Below, one piece after another: positions 48,401 through 58,100 of a stretch of DNA of 64,000 nt. A model generated the notes under the pieces. That model was given only the letters and a program-made list of their open reading frames with translations, searched no databases and was not told the origin of the DNA. Origin of the DNA: a virus. The translations under genes were made by a program, and so were the position numbers. The number at the start of each line of letters is the position of its first letter. The stretch's first letter is position 1. The stretch lies in IMG/VR virus record IMGVR_UViG_3300046171_000155; one strand, 5' to 3'.

Positions 48401-51349
48401 TGAATCTGCGTCTTGGAATGCAGTAACGATCTCTGTTAGTGAATCTAGTGCAGCACCATCTTCGTTAGAAACGATGAAGTCAACACGACCTTCTAGAGTT
48501 GTTAGGTCTGTACGGATACCAGTTTCGACACCAGTAGCACGTAAAACTTCTGCGTCTAACTGGTTCTGTAGGTCTGTAACATCACCTGCTTGTAGGCTTT
48601 GTAGAGCAAGGATATCAGAATCGTTTGCAGTAACCTGCGCCTGTACACTATCTACATCTGTGCGTAGACCAGATTCGATACCTTCAGCACGTGTCTTTTC
48701 TGCATCGATGTTAGACTGTAGGACGCCTTCAGCGGCAGTCGCACGGTTAACTTCAGCAGTGATCTGTGCTTGGTTATCATTGTGATCAGATGCCTGTAGG
48801 ATCTGAAGTGCAAGGATGTCTGAATCGTTTGCAGTGATCTGTGATTGGTTCGCATCAATATCGGTACGTAGACCAGCTTCAACACCTGTCGCACGAGTAG
48901 TTTCAGCCGCAATCGCGTCTGCGTTAACTACTTCAGCAGCAGTAGCACGAATAACTTCTGCGTCCAACTGAGCTTGTAGATCATCAACATCGTTACCTAC
49001 TAAGTTTTGTAGAGCAGCGATATCTGAATCGTTTGCAGTAATTTGTGCTTGGTTAGAATCAACGTCTGTACGTAGACCCGCTTCAACACCAGATGCACGA
49101 ACAACTTCTGCAAGAATTGCAGCGTTTAGATCGGAATCTGCTTCGTTGAAGTCTGCTTCTACTGTATCTAAACGGTTGCTTAGACCTAGTTCAGCAGCAA
49201 GTGCACGAGTGCGTTCGATTGTGATATCACCAGCATTAATCGAGATGTTTGAGATGTTAGTGTTGACTTGAGTCTGTAGACCTTGTTCAACACTTGTTGC
49301 GCGATTACGCTCTGTAACAACTGCGTCAGCGTTAACGCCCTCTGCAGTTGATGCACGGTTAACTTCCGCAGTGATCTGTGCTTGTAGATCATCAACATCG
49401 ATTGTAGTGTTTGCATTCAATGCATCCAACTGACCCTGTAGGTCCGAATCTTTAGTAGCACGAGCAACTTCTTCTGCGCGTAGATCGATTTCGTTTTGAG
49501 CAGCAAGTGCTTCAACATCATCCATCTCGTCTTCTAGTACAGTAGTACGTAGAGACAGTGCAGTGTCAGCAGCGATACGAGCAGCTTCTTCAGCAGAAAC
49601 GATTGTGTTAGCGTGAGCGATTGATTGTGACTTAGCAGTTGCGATACGGTCAGTGACAGTATTACCACCAGTTCCGTTTACAGTTGCGTCACCGATTAGA
49701 GCAGCGTCTTGTGCATCAGCGTGTGCGATTGCAACAGCTTGATGTGCATCTGCTTCTTGATCTGTGTATGCCTTTGCTTCAGCAAGTACATCTTCTGTAG
49801 AAACATCAAGATCTAGTTCTAGTTGATCAATCTGAGACTGTAGACTTGCGTCGGCAGCTGAACGAGTTGACGCTTCTGTATCGATATTGCTCTGTAGAGT
49901 AGTATCTGCAGACGAACGAGCGTTTGCTTCGTTTGTAATCGCAGTCGTGTTAGATGCGATAAGAGCAGACATATCTGAGTCAGCAGACTGGAACGCACCA
50001 ACGATTTCTGTTAGTGAATCAAGAGCGGCTGGATCAGTGTTTGATGTGATGAAGTCAACTTGTGATTGTAGACCTGCTTCAACGCCTTCAGCACGTGCTT
50101 TCTCAGTAGCAACTTCTGCTGAGTTTGCAACATCACCAGCAAGACGATCAATGATTTCTTGATCAACGCGAGCGTTTAGATCTGAGTCAGCTGCAATACG
50201 AGCAGCGTTCTCGATAGCAACATTATTACTTGATTCAGTGATTGCTTCTGCTTTTGCAGTTGCGATACGATCTGTGACAGTGTTGTTTGTCGAACCGTCA
50301 ACAGTTGCATCACCGATCATTAGTGCGTCTTGTGCTTCAGCGTGTGCCTTAGCAGCATTTTCTGCAGTAACGATATCTGCGCCTAGGTCAGTACGGACTT
50401 GGTTGTCAGCAACTGCACGAGCAGCGATTTCGTCTTGGATGCTCTGTGCGTTTGCTTGTTCTGCAAGACCTGCACGAGTAACTTCGTCAGTGATCTGAGT
50501 TTGTAGAGATGACTCAACACCAGTTGCACGAGAGATCTCAGCAGCAAGGTCTGATTGTAGTTGATCTACATTACCTTCTTCTGTTGTCATTCGTGCTGCT
50601 AGTGCGTTGTCAGCAGCGATACGAGCAGTTTCTTCTACGCCGATTAGACCAGCAAGTGAAGATTCTGCAGATTGTGCGCGAGAGATCTCTGTAGTTACAC
50701 GATCATCGATTGCTTGTTCAGCATTAGTTGCACGAGTAACTTCGTTAGAGATTGCAGTACTGTTTGCAATGATTGAACCAGAAAGTACATCATCTGCGTC
50801 TTCGAATGCTTCGATGATTTCTGCGAACGAATCAAGCGAGTCTGAATCAGTGTTGTTTAGTACTAGATCGATACGAGCAGATAGTGCCGCGTCTGCTGAT
50901 TGATATGCAGCTTCGATTGCGTTTTCACGTAGAACCGCACGTGTATTCTCTGCGTCGATATTTGATTGTAGTATAATATCAGCAGCAGAACGAGTAGATG
51001 CTTCTGTGTCGATATTAGACTGTAGTAGTGATTCTGCAGCTAGTGCACGATTTGTCTCTACTAATACATCAGCATCAATCTGTGCCGCAACGTCTGCGTT
51101 CGCACGAGATGGTGTGTAGTAAAGGTTATCGCCTTCTGCTAGATCATCTGTTGAGAATGAAGAGAAGAATGCGTCTGCACCAATCTTTTTCAGTGAGTCT
51201 GTACCTACGTCATATAGTAGGGTGAAACACTGAGACGGGTCTAACATACCCGTTAGGGTTGATTGTCCCTGTACCGCACTTTCGTCAAGTTTGGTATTGA
51301 TTACCGCCTTGTCCGCTAATGCTGGGGATTTAATCTGCCTAAATGCCAT
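45437..51349 (-). CDS. 1970-aa long coiled-coil fibre protein
   Basis: Ala/Glu/Arg-rich helical repeats (E..RA..AE..L), four LDS(L/F)xEI nodes, TDD(L/V)AEGDNxY motifs at both ends, beta-rich C-terminus. Confidence 0.75.
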   Translation of the reverse strand: MAFRQIKSPALADKAVINTKLDESAVQGQSTLTGMLDPSQCFTLLYDVGTDSLKKIGADAFFSSFSTDDLAEGDNLYYTPSRANADVAAQIDADVLVETNRALAAESLLQSNIDTEASTRSAADIILQSNIDAENTRAVLRENAIEAAYQSADAALSARIDLVLNNTDSDSLDSFAEIIEAFEDADDVLSGSIIANSTAISNEVTRATNAEQAIDDRVTTEISRAQSAESSLAGLIGVEETARIAADNALAARMTTEEGNVDQLQSDLAAEISRATGVESSLQTQITDEVTRAGLAEQANAQSIQDEIAARAVADNQVRTDLGADIVTAENAAKAHAEAQDALMIGDATVDGSTNNTVTDRIATAKAEAITESSNNVAIENAARIAADSDLNARVDQEIIDRLAGDVANSAEVATEKARAEGVEAGLQSQVDFITSNTDPAALDSLTEIVGAFQSADSDMSALIASNTTAITNEANARSSADTTLQSNIDTEASTRSAADASLQSQIDQLELDLDVSTEDVLAEAKAYTDQEADAHQAVAIAHADAQDAALIGDATVNGTGGNTVTDRIATAKSQSIAHANTIVSAEEAARIAADTALSLRTTVLEDEMDDVEALAAQNEIDLRAEEVARATKDSDLQGQLDALNANTTIDVDDLQAQITAEVNRASTAEGVNADAVVTERNRATSVEQGLQTQVNTNISNISINAGDITIERTRALAAELGLSNRLDTVEADFNEADSDLNAAILAEVVRASGVEAGLRTDVDSNQAQITANDSDIAALQNLVGNDVDDLQAQLDAEVIRATAAEVVNADAIAAETTRATGVEAGLRTDIDANQSQITANDSDILALQILQASDHNDNQAQITAEVNRATAAEGVLQSNIDAEKTRAEGIESGLRTDVDSVQAQVTANDSDILALQSLQAGDVTDLQNQLDAEVLRATGVETGIRTDLTTLEGRVDFIVSNEDGAALDSLTEIVTAFQDADSDLQGVIDANGGRLTTLESEMDAVEVRATDLEAKDVAHTNRLNGLDSDQLVQNGRLSGVEGRATALETKQGSALLHTTATNVSDAINELHAELDGEAADLTALENRVTTEEGHVDELQADMDAVEARATALEGRATVNEGDIDDLETKVGTATLATVATDLSAAVNELHAELDIEVGDLTALEGRVTTAEGEIDTLQSEMDAVEGRATSLEGRMTTEEGHVDTLQSQMGTSTLATVATNVTAAVNELHTQADSNTGRISTLETEMDSIEGRGDSLESRMDAVETKNTAQDGRLTVNEGDIDALETKLGTGVFQTTAQTITGAVNEVHGEVDAVEARMTAAESRADADSDALVQEIADRTAADTQIRIDLAADRTTDQTDYIARDAVVLASAQTYAENEADDAEVAAKTYADGIVANEATLRENADDVLDGKITAEANARAAADNALDSRTTVLETEMSATQLGAGLATDGTYVTPTTTNYLNASTSLADAAAKLDAAIKAVDNSHNGNKGNLQSQIDAEVAFRASEDSDIRASLAAEVARATAAEVANGVLITTNAQSIVDESTRAQGVEASLQSQIDFVVSNTDSAALDSLTEIVAALQSGDGDLLSLIQTNQTDIATNASGLAQEIIDRAAQGAAIRGEFATADANLQTQIDARVKKSGDSMSGNLDMSGNKVEGVANGTVATDAVNKGQLDAGLAAQHISQFTTDDVAEGDNQYFTTERARASVSLTDVEGAGKASYNASTGVISIDTAKTLLELADVTDSEYDGKNGYVLRVNNTLDGMSLQDPTQLAFNNAQRQTMAGDGAQTTFALNFYTQDQNAIVFVGGVIQDPGTHYSIDAVNQQITFNSAIPVGTQAVVIAQSTNSVGVLDPKSVGLETLADNIKVFEQGNDIIAGTSATVVSAFNKGTYRSAKYIVTVENGGEFETRECLVVHDGTNASIVEYGIVFTGSSLLGDTDVQVNGSSVELLYTAESAGAVVSVSVTYVDA

Positions 51350-51411
51350 TAGGTTATCTCCTAAGTTAGTGTTATTGGATTTGAGGATATAATTAAACGT
51401 TTAATAATATA

Positions 51412-51773
51412 CTAACGAAATTTGATATAGATGTCCGTTCCTTGCGGAGGGATCTCAAAAAACTGTATAGTATTACCGATGGTTTCATAGACTTCTTCAG
51501 GATGCTGAAGAACATCATTCACCCACACATCAATTAAGTCATCACGAACTGGGGTACCATTCAGAGTAAAGAGTGCTGTATCTCCTGGAGCGATAAACGC
51601 TTGTGCTTCAGGAATAATAGTATCTTTATTAGTTGATGAAGAGGTGCCTTCGATAAGATCAAATATCTGGGTTTCTTGACCTGGAGTTGCAGAGACTTCG
51701 ATCCTTGCTTTTGTTTGGCCAAGTTAAAAAGACTTTCGGCAAGTACCCTATTGAAGGACTTATTATTGATCAT
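51412..51773 (-). CDS. Small virion-type beta protein, frameshifted near 51700
   Basis: MINNKSFNR... continues in another frame as ...DVWVNDVLQHPEEVY...PPQGTDIYIKFR. Confidence 0.6.
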
Positions 51774-51809
51774 ATCTCGGAATACTAAGAGTGGTTAATA
51801 TACTGTTTT

Positions 51810-51817
51810 TATTTATA
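51810..51817 (-). promoter_or_regulatory. Late promoter TATAAATA
   Basis: Exact match. Confidence 0.75.
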
Positions 51818-51852
51818 TCAAAAACAAGTTTAACCAATAAGTTATTTTTTTA

Positions 51853-52732
51853 TTACTGCCTGAACTGTAGTAGTTCCTGCAATAACTCCGTAACTTCTTG
51901 TAGGTCACTATCTAGATTATTAATTCTAGTATGTAATGCATCTACTTCAATTTGTGTGGCGACACTTTGTCCATTCAATGTATAGTTACCTAGAAGCTGT
52001 ACTCCCGCGTCATCCATGATAAGTTTGTCATCATTCTGGTGTTGTATCTTGAACTGACTATCATTGAAACCTAAATGTTTAATAATAGTGTCAGTACCAT
52101 TATGATAAAAACGAGTTTCTTCGTTGGTGCCTACAATAAAGGCAAAGTGGTCATCTATGATGAGGTCGTTTCCAAAAGAAACGCCAGTAGAATTGTAGGC
52201 GGCAACTTGTACAACTTGTTCTGCGTCTACAATGTGTGTTAAGGGAGATAGTACTCCCGTCATTCGCAACGTAATCTATTCCTTGATGGAGTAAGACACC
52301 GTTCAAATATACTTGAATTCTTGACGGACTGTTTGGGTCTGGGTCATACTGCAATACGTTCCCAGCGTCGTCTGATCCCGCTATAACCTCTAATGTTCCG
52401 TCAGAGGTATAAATGTATGCGTTAAATGTAGTTGTCGCAGAGAGACTCTCTTCTCCTACAGCGCCAATCTCTACAATCGTTTGAATACCGCCGTCATACT
52501 CTCGTTTAATATAGAGTTTGCCGTCCTGAGTATTTATACCAATCTCGCCCAGTTTTAACTCTTCAATACTGGGTATATCACCAAGACCGTCAAATGTTTT
52601 AATATTTGCCCCAATATTCTGAACTACATTACTAATAGGACGACCGACAGTAACTCGCTTGACTTTAGTTCCAGACCCGAATCCACTGATAGAGGATACA
52701 CCTGTAACTCCACCGATTCTACGTATAGGCAT
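51853..52732 (-). CDS. Virion/fibre-associated protein, one apparent insertion near 52240
   Basis: LKLGEIGINTQDGKLY, VYLNGVLLHQGIDY; joins ...ISL-THIVDAEQVVQV if one base is removed. Confidence 0.65.
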
Positions 52733-52736
52733 GTCG

Positions 52737-53087
52737 TTACCTCGTTACAGAAGGGTTGACTTTTATCTTACCTTCTAGTATTCTTTCTATGATAGTATGT
52801 CCGTCTTCATCAACGAAACTGATTTCAACATCATAGACATATCTACCACGAGTGGATAGTGTATCGGTTTGTAGGTTTGTTAGGGATATTGTGACGATTC
52901 CCTCTAAAGAGGGAGTGGGTATTACAGCAGTAAAGTCAACTGACTCTGCACTTCTGTAGGTCTTTTTCATTTTAGCTGCAGCAGAGTAACCAGTGAGATC
53001 TTTCTTTGATCCATCTGGGTTCACTAACTCTATCTGTAGAGCTAGGTCCGCACCCTGATCAATTGTGAAATCTTCGTAAGTTGCCAT
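52737..53087 (-). CDS. Small structural protein (IDQGAD...YVYDVEI...ERILEG type)
   Basis: Beta-rich ORF under a late promoter. Confidence 0.65.
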   Translation of the reverse strand: MATYEDFTIDQGADLALQIELVNPDGSKKDLTGYSAAAKMKKTYRSAESVDFTAVIPTPSLEGIVTISLTNLQTDTLSTRGRYVYDVEISFVDEDGHTIIERILEGKIKVNPSVTR

Positions 53088-53099
53088 TCTGCTCAAACC

Positions 53100-53139
53100 C
53101 TGAGTGTTATAAACTTCTGTTTCTATTTATAACACTCAG
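53100..53139 (-). promoter_or_regulatory. Late promoter (53124-31) inside a perfect 14-bp inverted repeat
   Basis: CTGAGTGTTATAAA-N12-TTTATAACACTCAG. Confidence 0.75.
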
Positions 53140-53155
53140 ATACTTGAGAATATAA

Positions 53156-53863
53156 TTATTCTGCAGAGATATCTTCTAGAACCATCTCACGGAAAGAATC
53201 AGACGCATCTGACCAATCGAAGATGTAAGATACTGTTACACGCCATGAGTCTTCAGAAGAAGCTGCGTGGTAAAGTACTTTATCTGGTTCGCCATACGGA
53301 CCAAAGTAAGCAGCTTTACAAGTCCACTTACCTACTTCGTCTTGACAACGAACAACTTCTTTTGTCTCTGGGTGAACATACTCGAAGTAACCGTCACCAC
53401 CTTCTGAATAAGAGAAGATTAGGTTATATCCTGGCGCATTAGCGTTGTTGTGCCATGAGATAAATCCGCCTGGAGGGTAGATTGCGCACAGTGCATTATG
53501 CTTAGTGGATAAAAAATTCATCATACGGTCGTTTAGGTCACCTAGCTGGTGTGTTAGGTCTCTTTTGAAGATTGGATCTGCGCCCTCAGAGAAGATTTTG
53601 TGGTTCTTATCTGCAGTCTTTAAATTGTATCCTACCATCTCATCTGGAAATCCTTCGTGATTGATACCTTCACGTACGATTTCATCTTTATAACCATGAC
53701 CAACGTAGTAAGGACGTTGACGCATAGCTTGAGCAGATGTCAAATGGCAGTTTTCTTCAAAGCCCTGCAATGTATGCACTTTGGCATATTCGTTTAGAAT
53801 CTCAAGCAGTTCTGGGTTATTAACTGGAACATGCTTAAGATATTGGTCATTTACCTGTGTCAT
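53156..53863 (-). CDS. 2OG-Fe(II) oxygenase-like (DSBH) protein, paralogue 3
   Basis: IYPPGGFISWHNNANA...YHAA...RVTVSY. Confidence 0.6.
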   Translation of the reverse strand: MTQVNDQYLKHVPVNNPELLEILNEYAKVHTLQGFEENCHLTSAQAMRQRPYYVGHGYKDEIVREGINHEGFPDEMVGYNLKTADKNHKIFSEGADPIFKRDLTHQLGDLNDRMMNFLSTKHNALCAIYPPGGFISWHNNANAPGYNLIFSYSEGGDGYFEYVHPETKEVVRCQDEVGKWTCKAAYFGPYGEPDKVLYHAASSEDSWRVTVSYIFDWSDASDSFREMVLEDISAE

Positions 53864-54597
53864 AAGATTGGTGTATCCTTATTTAAACCTGCAGAGAAGT
53901 GACGAATAATCACTGGTCCTGTTTCAGGTTTTGTGATCGCCCAGTTAAGAGCGTTATAATAGTTCCATCTCAAGTCGTCATCAAAGATACCGACTTTGAG
54001 ATCCTTATACTTTTCTTCTTTCTCGGTCAACCACCAGAGTGAGAACTGATCCCAAGATTTGAGACTGTCTGCATACCCTTCTGGCCACCAAGAGTCATTC
54101 ATTTGTCTGAATGTCAAGTCCCACCAATCATCCATGAACTCACGTACAATCGGTTTGGACATATCATATAAACATACTGCTCCACACAATACAAACTTTG
54201 ATACACCTTCCGGAGTGTCAAAGTCACGTTCTGCATATATGTAGTCACGGTCATCTGTCAAAGCAGTAAAGACCACATCATGGTCCTTCATTTCATCCCA
54301 TACTTTGACGATGTCTTCATGCTCTACTTCCATATCAGCATCAATATACATCGTTAGGTCATACGGCGATTTCGCCATACCCCATAACTTAGCGCGGTAG
54401 TGATCGTCACATAAGAGAATATCGTCTGCGACATCTCGACCACGGTCATCAAGGAATCGTTCCTCAGTCACCAAACAGATCTTGCATTCCTCTTCTGGTT
54501 CATAGTAGTCCCGAAGAGACTCTGCAAGATTGATTGCGTACAAATAAAAGTTGCGTTTCTTAGACGCAACAATAATAAAACCTTTACTCTTTTCCAT
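53860..54597 (-). CDS. GT-A fold glycosyltransferase-like protein
   Basis: RAKLWGMAKSPYDLTMYIDAD (DxD), CGAVCLY, WDQFSLW, IIRH. Confidence 0.7.
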   Translation of the reverse strand: MEKSKGFIIVASKKRNFYLYAINLAESLRDYYEPEEECKICLVTEERFLDDRGRDVADDILLCDDHYRAKLWGMAKSPYDLTMYIDADMEVEHEDIVKVWDEMKDHDVVFTALTDDRDYIYAERDFDTPEGVSKFVLCGAVCLYDMSKPIVREFMDDWWDLTFRQMNDSWWPEGYADSLKSWDQFSLWWLTEKEEKYKDLKVGIFDDDLRWNYYNALNWAITKPETGPVIIRHFSAGLNKDTPIL

Positions 54598-55045
54598 CTG
54601 TCTCGGCCTCTAGTTGTTCTTGCAGAATCATAATTGAGTACATATCTACTTCAATCTTTGACTTTGCCCGACGCAGTTTAGCCTTCAACTTGCGGTTCTT
54701 AGAGTTCTTAATCTCTTCAACCTCAAACGCTTCTAGTTTGTAGTTGAACAGTTTTTCTAGTTTACGTGCCTTTTGGTGTTCTAAGTCACGTTGTTTTTCT
54801 TCTTCAGCTTCTGCCTTCTTACGAACAACACGATCTTCAGTTTCTTTATTAATCGATTCTTCGCCTAGAGCATCAACTACTTCATTAAACAGTTCGTTCT
54901 CACTACCATCTTTGTTGTGACGTAATAAAAACATTTGCTGTCGTGTAACACGACCCACATCATCTTCAAGTTCTAAAATACAGTTGAGTTCTTTTTTCTC
55001 TTCTGTTTCCCAGAACGCATTATCCATCCATTGCTTACGACTCAT
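54584..55045 (-). CDS. Hypothetical protein with charged coiled coil
   Basis: GGAG SD; first gene after the 1513-aa repeat gene. Confidence 0.7.
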   Translation of the reverse strand: MSRKQWMDNAFWETEEKKELNCILELEDDVGRVTRQQMFLLRHNKDGSENELFNEVVDALGEESINKETEDRVVRKKAEAEEEKQRDLEHQKARKLEKLFNYKLEAFEVEEIKNSKNRKLKAKLRRAKSKIEVDMYSIMILQEQLEAETDGKE

Positions 55046-55088
55046 TCATATCTCCAAAGAGTTCATTAAATTATAATCTATATATGTC

Positions 55089-55116
55089 AAAAATAGTGGG
55101 GCATTTCTGCCCCACT
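55089..55116 (-). terminator. Intrinsic terminator after the 1513-aa gene
   Basis: AGTGGGGCA-GAAA-TGCCCCACT then ATTTTT. Confidence 0.8.
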
Positions 55117-55135
55117 TTCATTTCTATTCGCGTTA

Positions 55136-58100
55136 TTATGCAACCCTTGCGTATAGAGTATACGTCTCGACCACATTAGTTAGTGAGTCAGAGATTGTTG
55201 CACCTACGTAGTTACCTAGGAACGATCGTGCGTAGTTACCTACGAAGTCACGGTTATAGTTTCCTTCGAATCCACGAGTATAGTTACCAGTGAAGTCACC
55301 TACGTATGTTGAAACACGATTACGTGAGTAAGCACCTGAGTAAGCAGATGTTCTGATACGTGCGTATGCAGATACGCGGACACGAGAGTAGTTACCTACA
55401 AAGTCACGAGAGTAAGTACCAGTGTACTCACCTACGAAACCACGGTTGTAGTTACCTACATAGTTCCCTGCGAAGTCACGCGAGTAAGCACCTGTGTATT
55501 CACCAACGAATCCACGAGCATAGTTACCTACATAATCACCAGCAAATCCGCGAGTGTATGCACCAGTGTATTCACCAGCGAATCCACGTGAGTAAGCACC
55601 TGTGTACTCACCTACGAAACCACGGTTATAGTTTCCTACGAAGTCTCCGACAAAGTCACGAGCATATGCACCAGTGTACTCACCTGCAAACGTTCTTGCG
55701 TAGTTACCTACGAAGTCGCCGGCAAATTGACGTGTGTACTGACCTGAGAAAGTACGCGCATAGTTACCAGTGAATGTTGTGTTATACGTACCAGCATATT
55801 CACCAACGAAACCTCTTGCGTAGTTACCAGTATAGTCACCAGCGAAGTTACGGTTGTAAGTGCCAGAGTAAGCACCAGTGTACTCACCTACGAATCCACG
55901 AGAGTAAGCACCAGTGTACTGACCAGAGAATCCACGAGAGTAGTTACCCACATAGTTTCCACCGAAGTTACGTGCATAGTTACCTACATAGTTACCAGCG
56001 AAGTCCCCAACGAAATCACCGACGAAGTTGCCAGCGAAGTTGCGTGAGTAGTTGCCAGTAAATGTGCGAGAATAGTTACCAGTAAAGTCACCTGCAAAGT
56101 TAGTCACACGATCACGAGTGTATGCAGAAGAACGGTTGCGGACATATGCAGATACACGAGTTCGTGCGTATGCAGAGTAACGAGTGCGTGTTGATGTGCG
56201 AGTGTACTCACCAGTAAAGTTACCAGCAAAGTCACCTGCGAATCCACGCGCGTAGTTACCAACAAAGTCACCGACAAAGTCGCGAGCATAGTTGCCGCTG
56301 AAGTTACCTTCGAAGTTAGTTACACGATCACGAGTAAAGTCACCAACATAGTTGGTTACACGAGTACGAGCATATGCTATTAGCATAGGTTGCGGTGAAA
56401 AGACCTGAGTCCTGTTACGAGTGTATTCGCCTACGAAGTCGCCTGCATAGGACCCAGTACGTGTGTAGTTACCAGTATTCGTGTATACTGCAGTGCGGTC
56501 ACGAGTGAATGCACGAGCGTAGTTACCAGTGTAGTACAATGTACGAGTGTAGTAACCAGTGTTTGTAGAAGTACGTGTAGAAGTACGCGCATAGTTACCT
56601 GTATAAGATGCAGCGCGTGTACGAGAGTAGTTACCCACAAAGTTACCAGCGTAGTTAGTTACACGAGTACGACCGTAGTTACCAGTATAGTTACCTGCGC
56701 GAGTACGACCGTAGTTACCTACGAAGTTTCCAGTATAACCAGTTGCACGAGTTCGTGTGTATGCAGATGCACGATTACGCGTAAAGTTACGCGAGTAAGC
56801 GCCTGAGAAGTACTGGGTTCTCGTATATGCAGATGCACGATTACGCGTAAAGTTACGCGAGTAAGCGCCTGAGTAGTACTGGTTTCTCGTATAGTTACCT
56901 GTATAGTTGCCAGCGTAAGAAAAATTATTGTTATAAGAGAACGCATTTTGGGTAATTGAATAAAACACCTGTTGTCCAAGAGCGCTCTGATATGTACCAC
57001 GCGACCAACTCATTCCGTTACTATTCGATAGTGTTGATGCACCTGCGGTACCGATTGCTCTACTAAATCCGTTCCAATAAGCAAAAGCCATATAAGATTC
57101 ATAATCAATTTCCCAATAAGTGCTATATGCAACATATGTTGGTCCCTGTGCAGCCACACTTACTGTTGAGGTTCTAGTAGATGTTCGAGTGGAAGTTCTC
57201 GTAAAGGTTCCTACGCGACTATAATCTCCACCGTATGCACGTGAGTAGTTACCAGCAAAGTTGCGTGAATAAGATGCTGTGCGACTATAATCTCCACCGT
57301 ATGCGCGTGAATAGTTGCCTGTAAAGTTACGTGAATAGTTACCTGCGAAGTTTCCAGTATAACCAGTTGCACGAGTTCGAGAATAGTTACCTGCATATGA
57401 GAATGCGCGGTTACGTGAGTAGTTACCAGCGAAGTTGCCTTCAAAGTTAGTAACGCGATCACGAGAGTAGTTACCTACATATGATGCAGCACGGTTACGA
57501 GTATAGTTACCTACGAAGTCACCTGCGTAGTATAGAGTACGAGTATATGATGGCGTAGTTGCATATGCGGCAGAATAGTTACGAGCATAGTTGCCTACGA
57601 AGTTACCAGTGTAGTACAATGTACGCGTATAGTTCAATGTACGAGTTGAAGTACGTGTTGAAGTACGCGCATAGTTACCAGTAAAGTCACCAGTGTAGTT
57701 GCCAGCATAGTTACGAGCATAGTTTCCTACGAAATCGCCAGTAAATGTAGTTGCATAGTTACCTACAAAGTTTCCGGCATAGTTAGTAACACGTAGTCGG
57801 GTAAAGTTGCCGACATAGTTAGTAACGCGTGTACGAGCATAAGCACTGTAACGAGTACGAGTAGATGTACGAGTTGAAACACGAGCATAGTTACCGACAT
57901 AGTTGCCAGCAAAACCACGTGAGTAGTTACCTACAAAGTTACGTGCATAGTTGCCTTGGAAAGAACGCGAGTAGTTTCCTACGAAGTTACCAGCAAAGTT
58001 GGTTACACGGTTACGAGTATATGTTGATACACGTGCACGAGAATAAACACCAGCAAAGTTGGTTACACGATCACGAGTGTAGTTAGTTACACGGGTGCGT

